A DNA stretch of 47,408 nucleotides. It comes from Candidatus Pacearchaeota archaeon. GTDB lineage: Archaea > Nanobdellota > Nanobdellia > Pacearchaeales > GW2011-AR1. A program made the position numbers and the translations under genes. The notes under the pieces were generated by a model, which ran no database searches, had not been told where the DNA came from, and saw only the letters and a list, made by a program, of their open reading frames with translations. The stretch spans positions 1-47,408 of the forward strand of contig JAGVWU010000002.1 in NCBI GenBank assembly GCA_018304145.1, read 5' to 3'. Below are positions 8,753 to 17,631 of this stretch, one piece after another (the stretch's first letter is position 1; every line of letters starts with the position of its first letter).

Positions 8753-8900
8753 TTATTTAATTTTGATTACCACTTAAAAATTACTTTTATTTTTGGTGTA
8801 ACTACTTTCAAGATTTTCTGTATTTAAATATAATTAAACTAAAAAACATATTTTTCTATGCAAGATTGTATATAAAGAAAAATAACTTTGCTAATCTATA

Positions 8901-9077
8901 ATGGAGGATAATATGATATTGGAATTATCTTTTGGTGTTGTTGGGGGGGCAAATTTAGGTTTGGAGAAATCTTGGGGATTAATTCAAAACCTAATGATAA
9001 AATACCCTCATGCAACTTGGAAGAAAATAATCAATTGGAAAAAAGGCAGAGGAAAATATATTATTGAAATTGATTAA
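8901..9077 (+). CDS. small hypothetical protein (58 aa; alternative start 8913 after GGAGG)
   Basis: Read by hand: MEDNMILELSFGVVGGANLG...KYIIEID*. Confidence 0.45.
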   Translation: MEDNMILELSFGVVGGANLGLEKSWGLIQNLMIKYPHATWKKIINWKKGRGKYIIEID

Positions 9078-9130
9078 CTTGTTTTTTATCCATTTCTAAT
9101 TCTACTTAGAGGGTTCTATAACGATTTTGT

Positions 9131-9520
9131 TTAATTACTGGACTTCCACAACCCATGCAGATTGCAGTGCTCTCTGGCAAATAAAACATTATCAAACGGA
9201 AGGCAGAATTCTGCTTCAGGTTTTTCACCTGGATTTAAGAATTTCTTATCAGATTTATTATCTTGGGTTATGACTTCTATCCATTCTATGTAATGCTCTT
9301 CTACCATCGGATGAGGAACGCTTCCGATTTTTACAATTATACCTTTATTTGTTCTTTCTATAACTGGAACATGTTTTTCTTTTGAAGCATCAACTGTATT
9401 TTCTTTAAGAAGAATCATTAGCTGTCCGCAACAGAAAAGAGAATTATCATGACCTTCATGTAAAATCTCAACTATATTTCCGCAAATTTCGCATTTGTAG
9501 ATTTGATTTTTTTCGGTCAT
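9131..9520 (-). CDS. dfx: desulfoferrodoxin (2Fe superoxide reductase)
   Basis: [11 protein letters not shown] desulforedoxin domain; EKHVP, HPM..HYI, CNLHG. Confidence 0.95.
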   Translation of the reverse strand: MTEKNQIYKCEICGNIVEILHEGHDNSLFCCGQLMILLKENTVDASKEKHVPVIERTNKGIIVKIGSVPHPMVEEHYIEWIEVITQDNKSDKKFLNPGEKPEAEFCLPFDNVLFAREHCNLHGLWKSSN

Positions 9521-9558
9521 ATTGATAATAATTGTTCTTTGTTTAAATAGGTTATGAA

Positions 9559-9738
9559 TTATTTAACATCCTCTAAATCCGCTTCTGCCTGTTCTAAATT
9601 AAAGGCAGCTTTTCCTAAAGATTTTTGCTTTTCTCCTTTGTGATTTTTTGCTTCTTCTAAAACCAAACTTTCTGCAAGAGTTATATGCTCTTCGGCTAAT
9701 TCGAGATTTTCTTTTGATTTGTTTCTCTTTTTTCGCAT
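9559..9738 (-). CDS. small helical hypothetical protein (59 aa)
   Basis: Read by hand: [23 protein letters not shown]...DLEDVK*; TTTATAA about 25 nt upstream. Confidence 0.6.
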   Translation of the reverse strand: MRKKRNKSKENLELAEEHITLAESLVLEEAKNHKGEKQKSLGKAAFNLEQAEADLEDVK

Positions 9739-9780
9739 AGAACTAAGAAAGGATTGAGGATTATAAAGTTTGTTGTGAAA

Positions 9781-10155
9781 TTAACCAAGGCTGATTTTGG
9801 TTGTTCTTGTTAAAGGAACAATTCCAGAAATCATTCCATTGTGATATAATGTCAAAGCAGGTTTTCCTACTAAACTATCAGGATCAAAAACTTCCGGCAC
9901 AAAGAATATGTTATAGGCTTTAGCTAATGTTTCAAAATCTTTTTTAGAATAACTTATCGCGGAGCCCCCAGAACAGTCTTTTCCTGCTTCATTATTTATT
10001 TCTATCAAGACTTTTTCAGATTCATTAAAATTAACTCTATTGCATCGAGCTCCACCTACATAAGGATAAACACCAGTAATAATTGCAATAAATCCTACTT
10101 TATCATCTAAGCTTTGTTTCGGTATTGGTTGTCTTGTTGTTAAAGTTATTTTCAT
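9781..10155 (-). CDS. hypothetical protein
   Basis: 124-aa ORF with upstream TATA-like box. Confidence 0.7.
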   Translation of the reverse strand: MKITLTTRQPIPKQSLDDKVGFIAIITGVYPYVGGARCNRVNFNESEKVLIEINNEAGKDCSGGSAISYSKKDFETLAKAYNIFFVPEVFDPDSLVGKPALTLYHNGMISGIVPLTRTTKISLG

Positions 10156-10246
10156 TTAATTAAAGAAAAAAAGAGATTAATAAAGATTTCTATAAATTTT
10201 CACTACTGGATACTCTTACAATTCATCTAGAGAACTTTTTCTAATT

Positions 10247-10645
10247 CTAAGATAATCTTATTTTTATTTTATTATTTAATTCTTTATCAAGTCTTGGATA
10301 AAATGTTTCTGTTTCAAATCTAGAATGATTAATGAATACTATTTTTAGATTATCTATTTTAGGAGAAAGATTAAAATCAATGTCCTTTTCAATTTTGTCT
10401 ATTAATTCATTGATTTCTTTATGCTCTTTTATTAGCCTAATTAAATCTTTTTTTCCTCTCACCTTGATTACCCTTTCAAAAATAATTGTTTCTTCTTGAA
10501 AAAAATGTCTTTGAACTGCTTCTCTAAATTTATTTAAAAGAGTTTTGGTTATAAAAAAATCAGTTTGTTGTTTTTCACCTATTTCGCTTAATAATCTTAA
10601 AAGTTTTATATGTTCCTGAATCATTAATTCATTTATTGTCACCAT
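10247..10645 (-). CDS. hemerythrin/HHE domain protein
   Basis: EH..., HFFQEE, EHKEI, HSRFE..FYP spacing. Confidence 0.82.
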   Translation of the reverse strand: MVTINELMIQEHIKLLRLLSEIGEKQQTDFFITKTLLNKFREAVQRHFFQEETIIFERVIKVRGKKDLIRLIKEHKEINELIDKIEKDIDFNLSPKIDNLKIVFINHSRFETETFYPRLDKELNNKIKIRLS

Positions 10646-10964
10646 ATTTTAAATAATAATCTACAGTATTCTTCCCCAATTTCATTATTTTTGCTATTTC
10701 TCTTATTGATTTTTTATCTTGCAGGTATAATTTCTTGAAAGTTTCCTTAGGAAAATCTAATAAATATTTTTTACGAGATTTACAATAAAAATCATAATCT
10801 TTTTTTAATTTTAATTTAGAAACCATATAATTAATACCTCCTTCATCCCTACTTAAGGCTACAACTAAATCTTTATTTAGAATGTTTTCATAATTTTCTT
10901 TTAGAAAATTAATCTCTTTTTGTGTCCAATTCTTTTTGAAGATATTGTTAGGACATTTGAACAT
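10629..10964 (-). CDS. small DNA-binding protein (Myb-like WT..E..FL..NY plus C-terminal HTH)
   Basis: WTQKEINFLKENY; KKSIREIAKIMKLGKNTVDYYLKY. Confidence 0.6.
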   Translation of the reverse strand: MFKCPNNIFKKNWTQKEINFLKENYENILNKDLVVALSRDEGGINYMVSKLKLKKDYDFYCKSRKKYLLDFPKETFKKLYLQDKKSIREIAKIMKLGKNTVDYYLKYGDNK

Positions 10965-10974
10965 ATAAACTTAA

Positions 10975-11793
10975 CTACAAGCTATCAAAAGGGCTAGAAA
11001 TCTTCTTCAATTCCGTCGATGAAACATGAGTATACCGCTCAGTCGTGGTGAGCGAACTATGTCCGAGTAAGAGTTGTATCTTTCTAATATCCGTTCCATT
11101 TTCCAATAAATGGGTAGCGTATGAATGTCTTAATGTGTGGCAGTGCACATGTTTATTTATTCCGGCTTTGATTGCTGCTTTCTGAATTATTTTTTGAATA
11201 TTGCGTGTTGTTAGAGGTTTTACCTCTGAAAAAACATATTTCCAATTTTTTCTTTTTTCCAGATACTTTTTTAATTTGCTGGACAATTTTTTTGCTAATA
11301 TAATCATCCTGTCTTTCTTTCCTTTACCACTTCTTACCCAACCAGTGTTTTCATTGAGATCTAAATCACCTGGTTTTAGGTTCACTAATTCTGATACTCG
11401 AAGTCCTGAAGAATAGAGCATCTGCATTATTAATCTAGATTTTTTTGTGAAGGCAGTATCAATTAATTTAATCACTTCTTCTTTTGTTAAAACTGTTGGA
11501 ATTTTTTTTTCGTTTTTTGGGCGTTTGACTCCAGAGGTAGGATCTTTTCCAAGCAAATTAGTATATGCAAATTTAATAGATGATAAAAATAAAATGTTTG
11601 AAATAGGTGCTTTATCTGACATCTTGTCAGCTAAAAACAACTTCACATCCGGTTGTTCAATTTCCTCAGGTTGTTTGTTTAAATGTTCCAACAGCTGTTT
11701 GTTAAACAACAGATAGTTCCTTAAAGTATAGGGTGATAATTTAGATATTTTTATTTCTGTTTCAAGGCGCTTGAGAAATTCTTGAGGAGTCAT
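10975..11793 (-). CDS. xerA: XerA/XerD-like tyrosine recombinase
   Basis: SGLRVSEL, GKGKKDR, HTLRHSYATHLLE, LLGHSS, catalytic RYTHV; N-terminal SAM-like domain. Confidence 0.9.
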   Translation of the reverse strand: MTPQEFLKRLETEIKISKLSPYTLRNYLLFNKQLLEHLNKQPEEIEQPDVKLFLADKMSDKAPISNILFLSSIKFAYTNLLGKDPTSGVKRPKNEKKIPTVLTKEEVIKLIDTAFTKKSRLIMQMLYSSGLRVSELVNLKPGDLDLNENTGWVRSGKGKKDRMIILAKKLSSKLKKYLEKRKNWKYVFSEVKPLTTRNIQKIIQKAAIKAGINKHVHCHTLRHSYATHLLENGTDIRKIQLLLGHSSLTTTERYTHVSSTELKKISSPFDSL

Positions 11794-12305
11794 TTTAGAT
11801 AGAAATTTTTTATTTTTTTAATAGAATCATCATTATTTAAAGTTAACAACGATATTTTATTAACTTTAAATTTAATTTGTATGGGTTGTTTTTTTAATTC
11901 TTTAATCACAGAATCAATTTGTTTTTTATTTTTAAAAATACCAAGAGAAATATGAGGAATATAAACAGGAAGTTTTGGATTTTTGAGCCCCTCTAATATA
12001 CCTAAATTTAATTTCCTGTATAAATCCATTATTTTCTTTTTATTTTTATTAATTAATAAATAAAGATAATATTCATGTTTTGATTTTTTTAATCCTTTTA
12101 ATAAAATATTAAATTTTTTTGTAATTTCAATAGAATTTTTTATATGTGTCTCTAAGGATTTTTCATCATTTACAGAGAAGGTATAAACTAAAGTAATATG
12201 TGGTTTGTATTTTTTATAATCTGGATGATACTTCTTCAAAATTGTCCTTATTTTCCTGTTGTCTATAAAGACTACAAGAGCCCTTTTTTCCTTTTTCATA
12301 CACAA
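11790..12305 (-). CDS. 2H phosphoesterase (2'-5' RNA ligase family)
   Basis: Two HxT/S motifs, PHITL and PHISL. Confidence 0.85.
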   Translation of the reverse strand: MCMKKEKRALVVFIDNRKIRTILKKYHPDYKKYKPHITLVYTFSVNDEKSLETHIKNSIEITKKFNILLKGLKKSKHEYYLYLLINKNKKKIMDLYRKLNLGILEGLKNPKLPVYIPHISLGIFKNKKQIDSVIKELKKQPIQIKFKVNKISLLTLNNDDSIKKIKNFYLK

Positions 12306-12457
12306 AAATGTGCGAACTTCTTTATAAAACTACTGCTTTTTGATAGATTTACTAATAAATGTCAAAGAAAAAACAAACAAAACAAATTGGAAAAAGGATT
12401 ACCAAAAAATAAAAAATTTTAAAAAATAAAAAATAAAATGAATATGTTTTATCTCAC

Positions 12458-12787
12458 TTAGAATTCTTCCTGATTTTGAGATTTTTTGTTTCTGAAACAA
12501 TCTCTGCACAGAACTGGTTTTCCTTCAACTGGCTTGAAAGGAACTTCGCATTCTTGCTTGCATTCTGCGCAAACAGCTTTATGCATTTCTCTCTCTCGTC
12601 TTCTAAATTGAGGTCTTCCAAAAGATCTTCTTGGTCTTGATTTTTTAAAACAATCATTACATCTGACAGGCCTTCCTTCTTTAGGTTCAAAAGGAACTTC
12701 ACATTCCTGGCCACAATCAGAACAAATTGCTTTATAGCTTACTCGACTTAAAGAATCTTCAGAACTATCGTCTTGAAATCTTCCCAT
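12458..12787 (-). CDS. tandem CxxC-x17-CxxC zinc-ribbon protein
   Basis: CSDCGQECEVPFEPKEGRPVRCNDCF and CAECKQECEVPFKPVEGKPVLCRDCF. Confidence 0.9.
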   Translation of the reverse strand: MGRFQDDSSEDSLSRVSYKAICSDCGQECEVPFEPKEGRPVRCNDCFKKSRPRRSFGRPQFRRREREMHKAVCAECKQECEVPFKPVEGKPVLCRDCFRNKKSQNQEEF

Positions 12788-13020
12788 TTAATTTCCTCCA
12801 TTATACTAAAACTAATTGGATTAGAATTAAAGGGTTTAAAAACATTTGGGTGATTTAAAAATCAATTATTATAGTGAAGAATTTCTTGCCCATAGTTCAA
12901 AGAAATTCTCTTTTTCTTATTATTAGTGTTATAAAATCAAAAATTAGAGAAAGTTATAGCAATAGTTAAATGGTAAGCAAAATCTTGTTAAGCATCCTGT
13001 AAGTAACAGAAATAGTAAGG

Positions 13021-13060
13021 TTTTTATATGCATGAAGTTCTTGCTTTTGCTTAAAAGTTT
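13021..13060. repeat. dispersed ~43-bp repeat, copy A
   Basis: tttttatatgcatgaagttcttgcttttgcttaaaagttt. Confidence 0.75.
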
Positions 13061-13099
13061 TAATTTAGGAGAAAGCTTTAAAAACTATTTTGAATTCTA

Positions 13100-13294
13100 T
13101 TGTTTATGACTATAATAAGTTTAGAACTCTTATTTACTTTCCTTGTTTTATTCTGTATAGGAGCATACTACATTGGAAAGAAGAAAAACATTCTCTTACT
13201 TAAAAGTCTAGGACAAAGAGGATTCTTTATATCCTTGTTTCTATTAGTTTTTGAAACACTCATAATGATTAAGAGAGGGGTTAGGTTTGACTGA
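13100..13294 (+). CDS. small membrane protein (2 TM)
   Basis: Hydrophobic 64-aa ORF; TTTAAAA just upstream. Confidence 0.5.
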   Translation: MFMTIISLELLFTFLVLFCIGAYYIGKKKNILLLKSLGQRGFFISLFLLVFETLIMIKRGVRFD

Positions 13295-13422
13295 TTAAAA
13301 GATAAGGATTGATTTTTTATCACTACATTTATTAATTTTCTTAAATTTTTCTTAGTTTTATATACTACAATTACTTAGCTAAAGGTTCTTAGAGATGATT
13401 AAAAGTTGTTGCATGAGGAAAA

Positions 13423-13917
13423 ATGAATTTTAGGAAGCTTTGCTAACCTAAAATTCTGACATAGGTTGTTAATGTTAATTCTCAATTAGATGGGGCTTCA
13501 GAGGGTTGTTATGGAGAGTAATAAAATATAAATAGAGGAGATTATTGTTGGATAAGTATAGAAAATGATGCTTATAATGATTTAATTAATGCATTTCATG
13601 GCAAGGTTTACAGAAATAAAGATGGAACTCTTACTTATGAATTTGATGAATCTATGACACATCAGAGGTTTGGAAGAGATGGTAATGTTGGACCAACATT
13701 TTTAGTTTTTAAAGAAACTAATAGAGTTACAGGACAAGAAACATATTTAGATATTCAGTCACTTTGGACTTTGCAAGGACTTGAACTTGTAGCAGATGAA
13801 TCAGAGCTTGCAAAACTTGATCCAGTTGCAGCTGAAGAAGCAAGAACTCATTATTTAAGAGTTGATGGAACTTACATGATTAGAAAATTGGAAATTTTAG
13901 CAAGGCATGGGCGCTAA
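13423..13917 (+). pseudogene. probable 5'-degraded gene; ORF 13654-13917 is its intact 3' part
   Basis: Frame is open and protein-like from 13525; same frame has an ATG at 13423 and stops at 13444, 13462, 13519, 13522. Confidence 0.4.
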
Positions 13918-13947
13918 AAACCTCCTGCAAAACCTCATTTTTAACCG

Positions 13948-13975
13948 AGTGCCGACAATATACATTGTGCGAAGT
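13948..13975. other. dif-like Xer recombination site (11-6-11)
   Basis: Minus strand reads ACTTCGCACAA-TGTATA-TTGTCGGCACT; spacer equals the E. coli dif spacer; 2.2 kb from xerA. Confidence 0.6.
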
Positions 13976-14257
13976 TCTCACGAATAAATACTGATTTTAT
14001 TGAAAAAATGATTTAAAAGCGAAAAATAGAGGGTTTTTATTGATTTTGAATTATATTGTCCAAAAGTTTTGGAATAAATATAACTTCGCAAAACTCATTA
14101 TTGTTTAATTCTTATTTTTAATCTTTAGAGGTTTTATTGAAAAAAGCTCTTGTTTGATTTCTTAAATTTAGATTCTGAATTAAAAAAAGATGTTTTAAAA
14201 TATTTGTTAATTTTGAGCATCTTTGAAAATAATGTTTTGTTAATAGTTTATATATGC

Positions 14258-14566
14258 CTAATCTGTTTTAGGTGTGCTTATTCCATAATCAGTTTTAGGT
14301 GTGCTTATTCCATAATCAGTTTTAGGTGTGCTTATTCCATAATCAGTTCTAGGATCTTCCCATTGATAATGAATATCTTTTATATGTGCAATACTTCCTG
14401 GGATGATTTTACCTGAACTATCTCTTAATTGATAAAAACCTTCTTGAATCAGTTCACCTTCATGATCATATTTTGGATAATCTTCTGAGACAAAGTCTTT
14501 TGGTGCATCAATTATATCACCAAGACTATAATTTCCACCAATTATTGCAGGTTCTCTTTCATTCAT
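14258..14566 (-). CDS. hypothetical protein with C-terminal TDYGISTPK repeats
   Basis: 102-aa ORF; TTTAAATA upstream. Confidence 0.6.
   Translation of the reverse strand: MNEREPAIIGGNYSLGDIIDAPKDFVSEDYPKYDHEGELIQEGFYQLRDSSGKIIPGSIAHIKDIHYQWEDPRTDYGISTPKTDYGISTPKTDYGISTPKTD
14259..14353. repeat. 27-bp tandem repeat x3.5
   Basis: taatcagttttaggtgtgcttattcca units at 14259, 14286, 14313, partial at 14340. Confidence 0.95.
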
Positions 14567-14707
14567 TTAAGTAATAAATATATAGAATATTTAAAGATGA
14601 TTATATTAATAAAATAAGTTCTATAAAAAACATTTTTATTTATTTTACTAATTTTGTTTTTTATGAATTTTCCTGGTTTTTTCTGTATTTTTCCTTGATT
14701 TTACATG

Positions 14708-14750
14708 TTTTTATTCATGCAAAAACTTTTAGTTTTTGCTTAAAAGATTT
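14708..14750. repeat. dispersed ~43-bp repeat, copy B
   Basis: 36/43 identical to copy C. Confidence 0.8.
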
Positions 14751-14768
14751 AGCTTAGTTGTTTTTGAT

Positions 14769-15017
14769 TTAAGAACTTAAAATGATTTCAATAAAAGGGC
14801 TTATTGTTTGATAGATGTCTGTAATTTTATTGTATAAATGATTTGTTGTTTCAGGGATTGATTCAATTGTCTTTATAGTCATATAGGTTATTGTTGTTCC
14901 ATAGACTAATGCCACTCCTCCAAAATCTAAGCCATTATTAAACCATCTTGTCCATTTAGGTAAATCTTTGTTTGGATCAAATATATGTGATTTTGATGCT
15001 TTTTGTTCTAAGGTCAT
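14769..15017 (-). CDS. hypothetical protein
   Basis: 82-aa ORF with TATA box about 25 nt upstream. Confidence 0.6.
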   Translation of the reverse strand: MTLEQKASKSHIFDPNKDLPKWTRWFNNGLDFGGVALVYGTTITYMTIKTIESIPETTNHLYNKITDIYQTISPFIEIILSS

Positions 15018-15192
15018 AAAAGAAATTAGGATTCCTGTTATTTAAAGCTTTTTAAAAAACATGAAATAGTATTGATATCTTGCATTAAAATTTATCTTTT
15101 GATATTATTTTTGACTTTTGAAATTTTTTGATAAAACTTTTTCAAATTTGAAAAAAATGTTAAAAATGTTGATTTTTCCGGAGTTTTTTGAA

Positions 15193-15235
15193 TTTTTATT
15201 CATGCAGGAAGTTCTTACTTTTGCTTAAAAGATTT
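15193..15235. repeat. dispersed ~43-bp repeat, copy C
   Basis: tttttattcatgcaggaagttcttacttttgcttaaaagattt. Confidence 0.8.
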
Positions 15236-15247
15236 GACATTAAATAT

Positions 15248-15520
15248 TTATGGTTCTATTTCAGTTTTATCTTCAAAATTTGAATCTAAGCTTCTTGCAA
15301 AGTATCTTGCTACTCCTTGAGCAGCTGTTATTGCTAATTTTTTATCTTGTCCATGATAAATTAATACTGGTTTTTTAAAAGCATGATTTCTTAAATCTGA
15401 AAGATAAGCTTGGTAATGAGAATTTGTAGATTTAACAGAAACAATTGCTATTGTTGCATTATCTGGAGCTTGCAAGGTAAAAGTTATTTCTCCATCTCTG
15501 TATAATTTATAATTAGCCAT
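15248..15520 (-). CDS. hypothetical protein
   Basis: 90-aa ORF with TATA box upstream. Confidence 0.7.
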   Translation of the reverse strand: MANYKLYRDGEITFTLQAPDNATIAIVSVKSTNSHYQAYLSDLRNHAFKKPVLIYHGQDKKLAITAAQGVARYFARSLDSNFEDKTEIEP

Positions 15521-15670
15521 ATTTATATTAATCTAAGTGTATTTTTAAGAATTATGGTGTTGTTGATTGAATTTCTATAGAAATTTAAGAAATTTATATA
15601 AATTTGAATAAAAATCATATGATAAGTATGGTTAGGATTTTAGGATTCTATAATTTTATACTGTTTAGAC

Positions 15671-15979
15671 TCAAATGCTCTTTTTTGTGAAATCAATTAC
15701 TTTCTTTTGTCTGACTTTTGAAAAAAGCAGAACTATGTATATCAACACAAATGGAACTAAAAATTGTATAATTATTGCTAAAATTGGGTTGGTTGAAAGA
15801 TTATAATATTTGGGGAGAGGTTCGACTAGATCCAAAAAAGGGCTTGGAATCTGGCACAGGCTAAGTTTGGACTCTTTAAAGCAAGGAGTTAGCTTTAAGA
15901 AAAAAGATGCTAAGCTAACTATCACTGCTGCTAGCAAACTTACTTTCAAATTTTTTACTGCTTTTTGCATCAGTTTCAT
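15671..15979 (-). CDS. small membrane protein (2 TM)
   Basis: Two hydrophobic segments flanking a Cys-pair loop. Confidence 0.65.
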   Translation of the reverse strand: MKLMQKAVKNLKVSLLAAVIVSLASFFLKLTPCFKESKLSLCQIPSPFLDLVEPLPKYYNLSTNPILAIIIQFLVPFVLIYIVLLFSKVRQKKVIDFTKKSI

Positions 15980-16317
15980 AATAGAGCTGATTTTTTGGAA
16001 AGTTATCTATGCTAATCAAAAACTTAACTTTCACCTTATTTTTAGTTAAATGTGTTCAAATTAGAAGTTTTTTAATTATTTAAATGTTATTATTTGGTTA
16101 ATTTTTTGAGATTAATTCTTGATTTAAAATTAGTTAAATTTAATTAAAAGCATAAAATTAAGCTATTTTTGATTAATTTTTAACTAATTTTACATTAATT
16201 ATGTAGTGTAATACTTAATCTATTTTTGATTAATTTTTAGGTTTTCCAAAGGTATTTGGTTTTCTTGAAATAATGCTCAAAAATTAGGTTTTTTTATTAA
16301 AAATAAGAAATTTTTGG

Positions 16318-16855
16318 GTGTTTGAACAGCGCTTTTTGACTGTTTTTCATCTGTTGCAATGTTTACAACAGATAAAATTTTATCTTTTTGCTAAAAAATC
16401 TTAGAAATATTGGGAGGTTTATTTGTTAATCAAAGACTCTATTTATCGACGCTATATTATAAGCTTTCTAAAATCTGTTCTTTTTATAAACGCAAGATTT
16501 ATAAATAAAGAGTTTCTTTATATTCTTATGTTTGGATTTTTTAGCAAAAAGATTGAAAAAAGAGAATTTGAGCAATTAAAACAGGCTGTTCAAACAGGCT
16601 TCAACAGCGCAAAACAAGATACAAACAGTCTAAACACTTGGGTTAGGCATTTAAAAGAGGAAGAAACTGGCTTAAAAAACAAGATGCTGAATATTTCTGA
16701 AGAAATTACGTCTATTAGAGAAGAGCTAGAAAGTTTGAAAAATGTGATGGCAATTGTTGGAGAGAGACCTGTGTTTAAACAGAAACAAACAGTGTTTGGA
16801 AAACAAACAGCGTTTAAAGGTGTTTTAAACAGTGTTCAAACAGCTGTTCAAACAG
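16318..16855. repeat. array of 12-bp palindromes STGTTYAAACAG
   Basis: Copies at 16318 (inverted), 16586, 16771, 16832, 16844; variant at 16821. Confidence 0.8.
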
Positions 16856-17142
16856 CATTTTTGGATAATTTAACAGCTACTGAAAGAGCTATTATTTTTG
16901 TTTTATTAAATTCAGATATGAAATTGAGTTATGAAGATCTGGCTGCGATGCTTGGAAAAGACAAAGCTACAATAAGAGGGCAAGTTAATGCAATAAGGCA
17001 GAAAAGTGAAGGTTTAATAGAAGAAATGGTTGGGGAAAACAACAAAAAAAGAGTTTTTATTCCTGAGAAAACAAAGGATATTTTATTAAAAACAAGAAAA
17101 GTCAGAATTAGGAAAAATCCTGAAGAAAAACAAGAATTGTAG
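16528..17142 (+). CDS. coiled-coil plus C-terminal winged-helix protein A (start at ATG 16528 preferred over TTG 16423)
   Basis: TTTATAAA at 16498-16505; heptad region; LTATERAI..LSYEDLAAMLGKDKATIRGQVNAI HTH. Confidence 0.8.
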   Translation: MFGFFSKKIEKREFEQLKQAVQTGFNSAKQDTNSLNTWVRHLKEEETGLKNKMLNISEEITSIREELESLKNVMAIVGERPVFKQKQTVFGKQTAFKGVLNSVQTAVQTAFLDNLTATERAIIFVLLNSDMKLSYEDLAAMLGKDKATIRGQVNAIRQKSEGLIEEMVGENNKKRVFIPEKTKDILLKTRKVRIRKNPEEKQEL

Positions 17143-17155
17143 TAGTTAAAAAACT

Positions 17156-17225
17156 AAAAAACAGGAAAAGTGAGTATTGTAGTGTATAAAAATACTTAAA
17201 AATAAGTGAAAAACAGGAAAAGTGA
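17156..17225. repeat. direct repeat AAAAACAGGAAAAGTGAG x2
   Basis: Near 17157 and 17209; AAAAGTGAG again near 17313. Confidence 0.65.
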
Positions 17226-17631
17226 GAGTTAAATTATAATAAAAATAAGACTAAATATTAAATTTAAATAAAATAGTGAGAAAAAATAATGAAAAGTATT
17301 AAAATAAAGATAAAAAGTGAGAGAAAGCAAGTTCATCTTTTGATGAGAATTGAATATTTACAAAAAAATAGAGGATTGATCCTTAGGTTTTAATTGGCTT
17401 AATTTTTGGTTTTTTAAGCCTTAATCTTTTATTTTTAAAGAAGAATTAAATCTTAGTTTAAACTAAGATTTAATTATAATCGTTACAACGAATATCTATT
17501 AACATAAATATGAGGAGTTTTAGAGATAAAAACTCTGATGTGGTTTAATAAGCTCTAAAGGGCTTAAAATAAGGTATATTAAGAACTTTAAGCTCTTAAA
17601 TTTTCAGAATCTTTATTAAAAATTCTGAGGT

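Noticed and set aside
10975-11793. Integron integrase or provirus integrase
   Set aside because: No obvious IntI-specific insertion before the HxLRH box, no attC seen, no viral genes; XerA is the simpler call
12454-12714. Alternative-frame ORF, and 12198-12422
   Set aside because: Overlap genes with recognisable domains
14259-14353. Possible CRISPR array
   Set aside because: Repeats are contiguous with no spacers, are in frame in a CDS, and there is no cas operon
14150-14416. Plus-strand ORF with FRCAYSIIS repeats
   Set aside because: Antisense reading of the 27-bp repeat; TTG start
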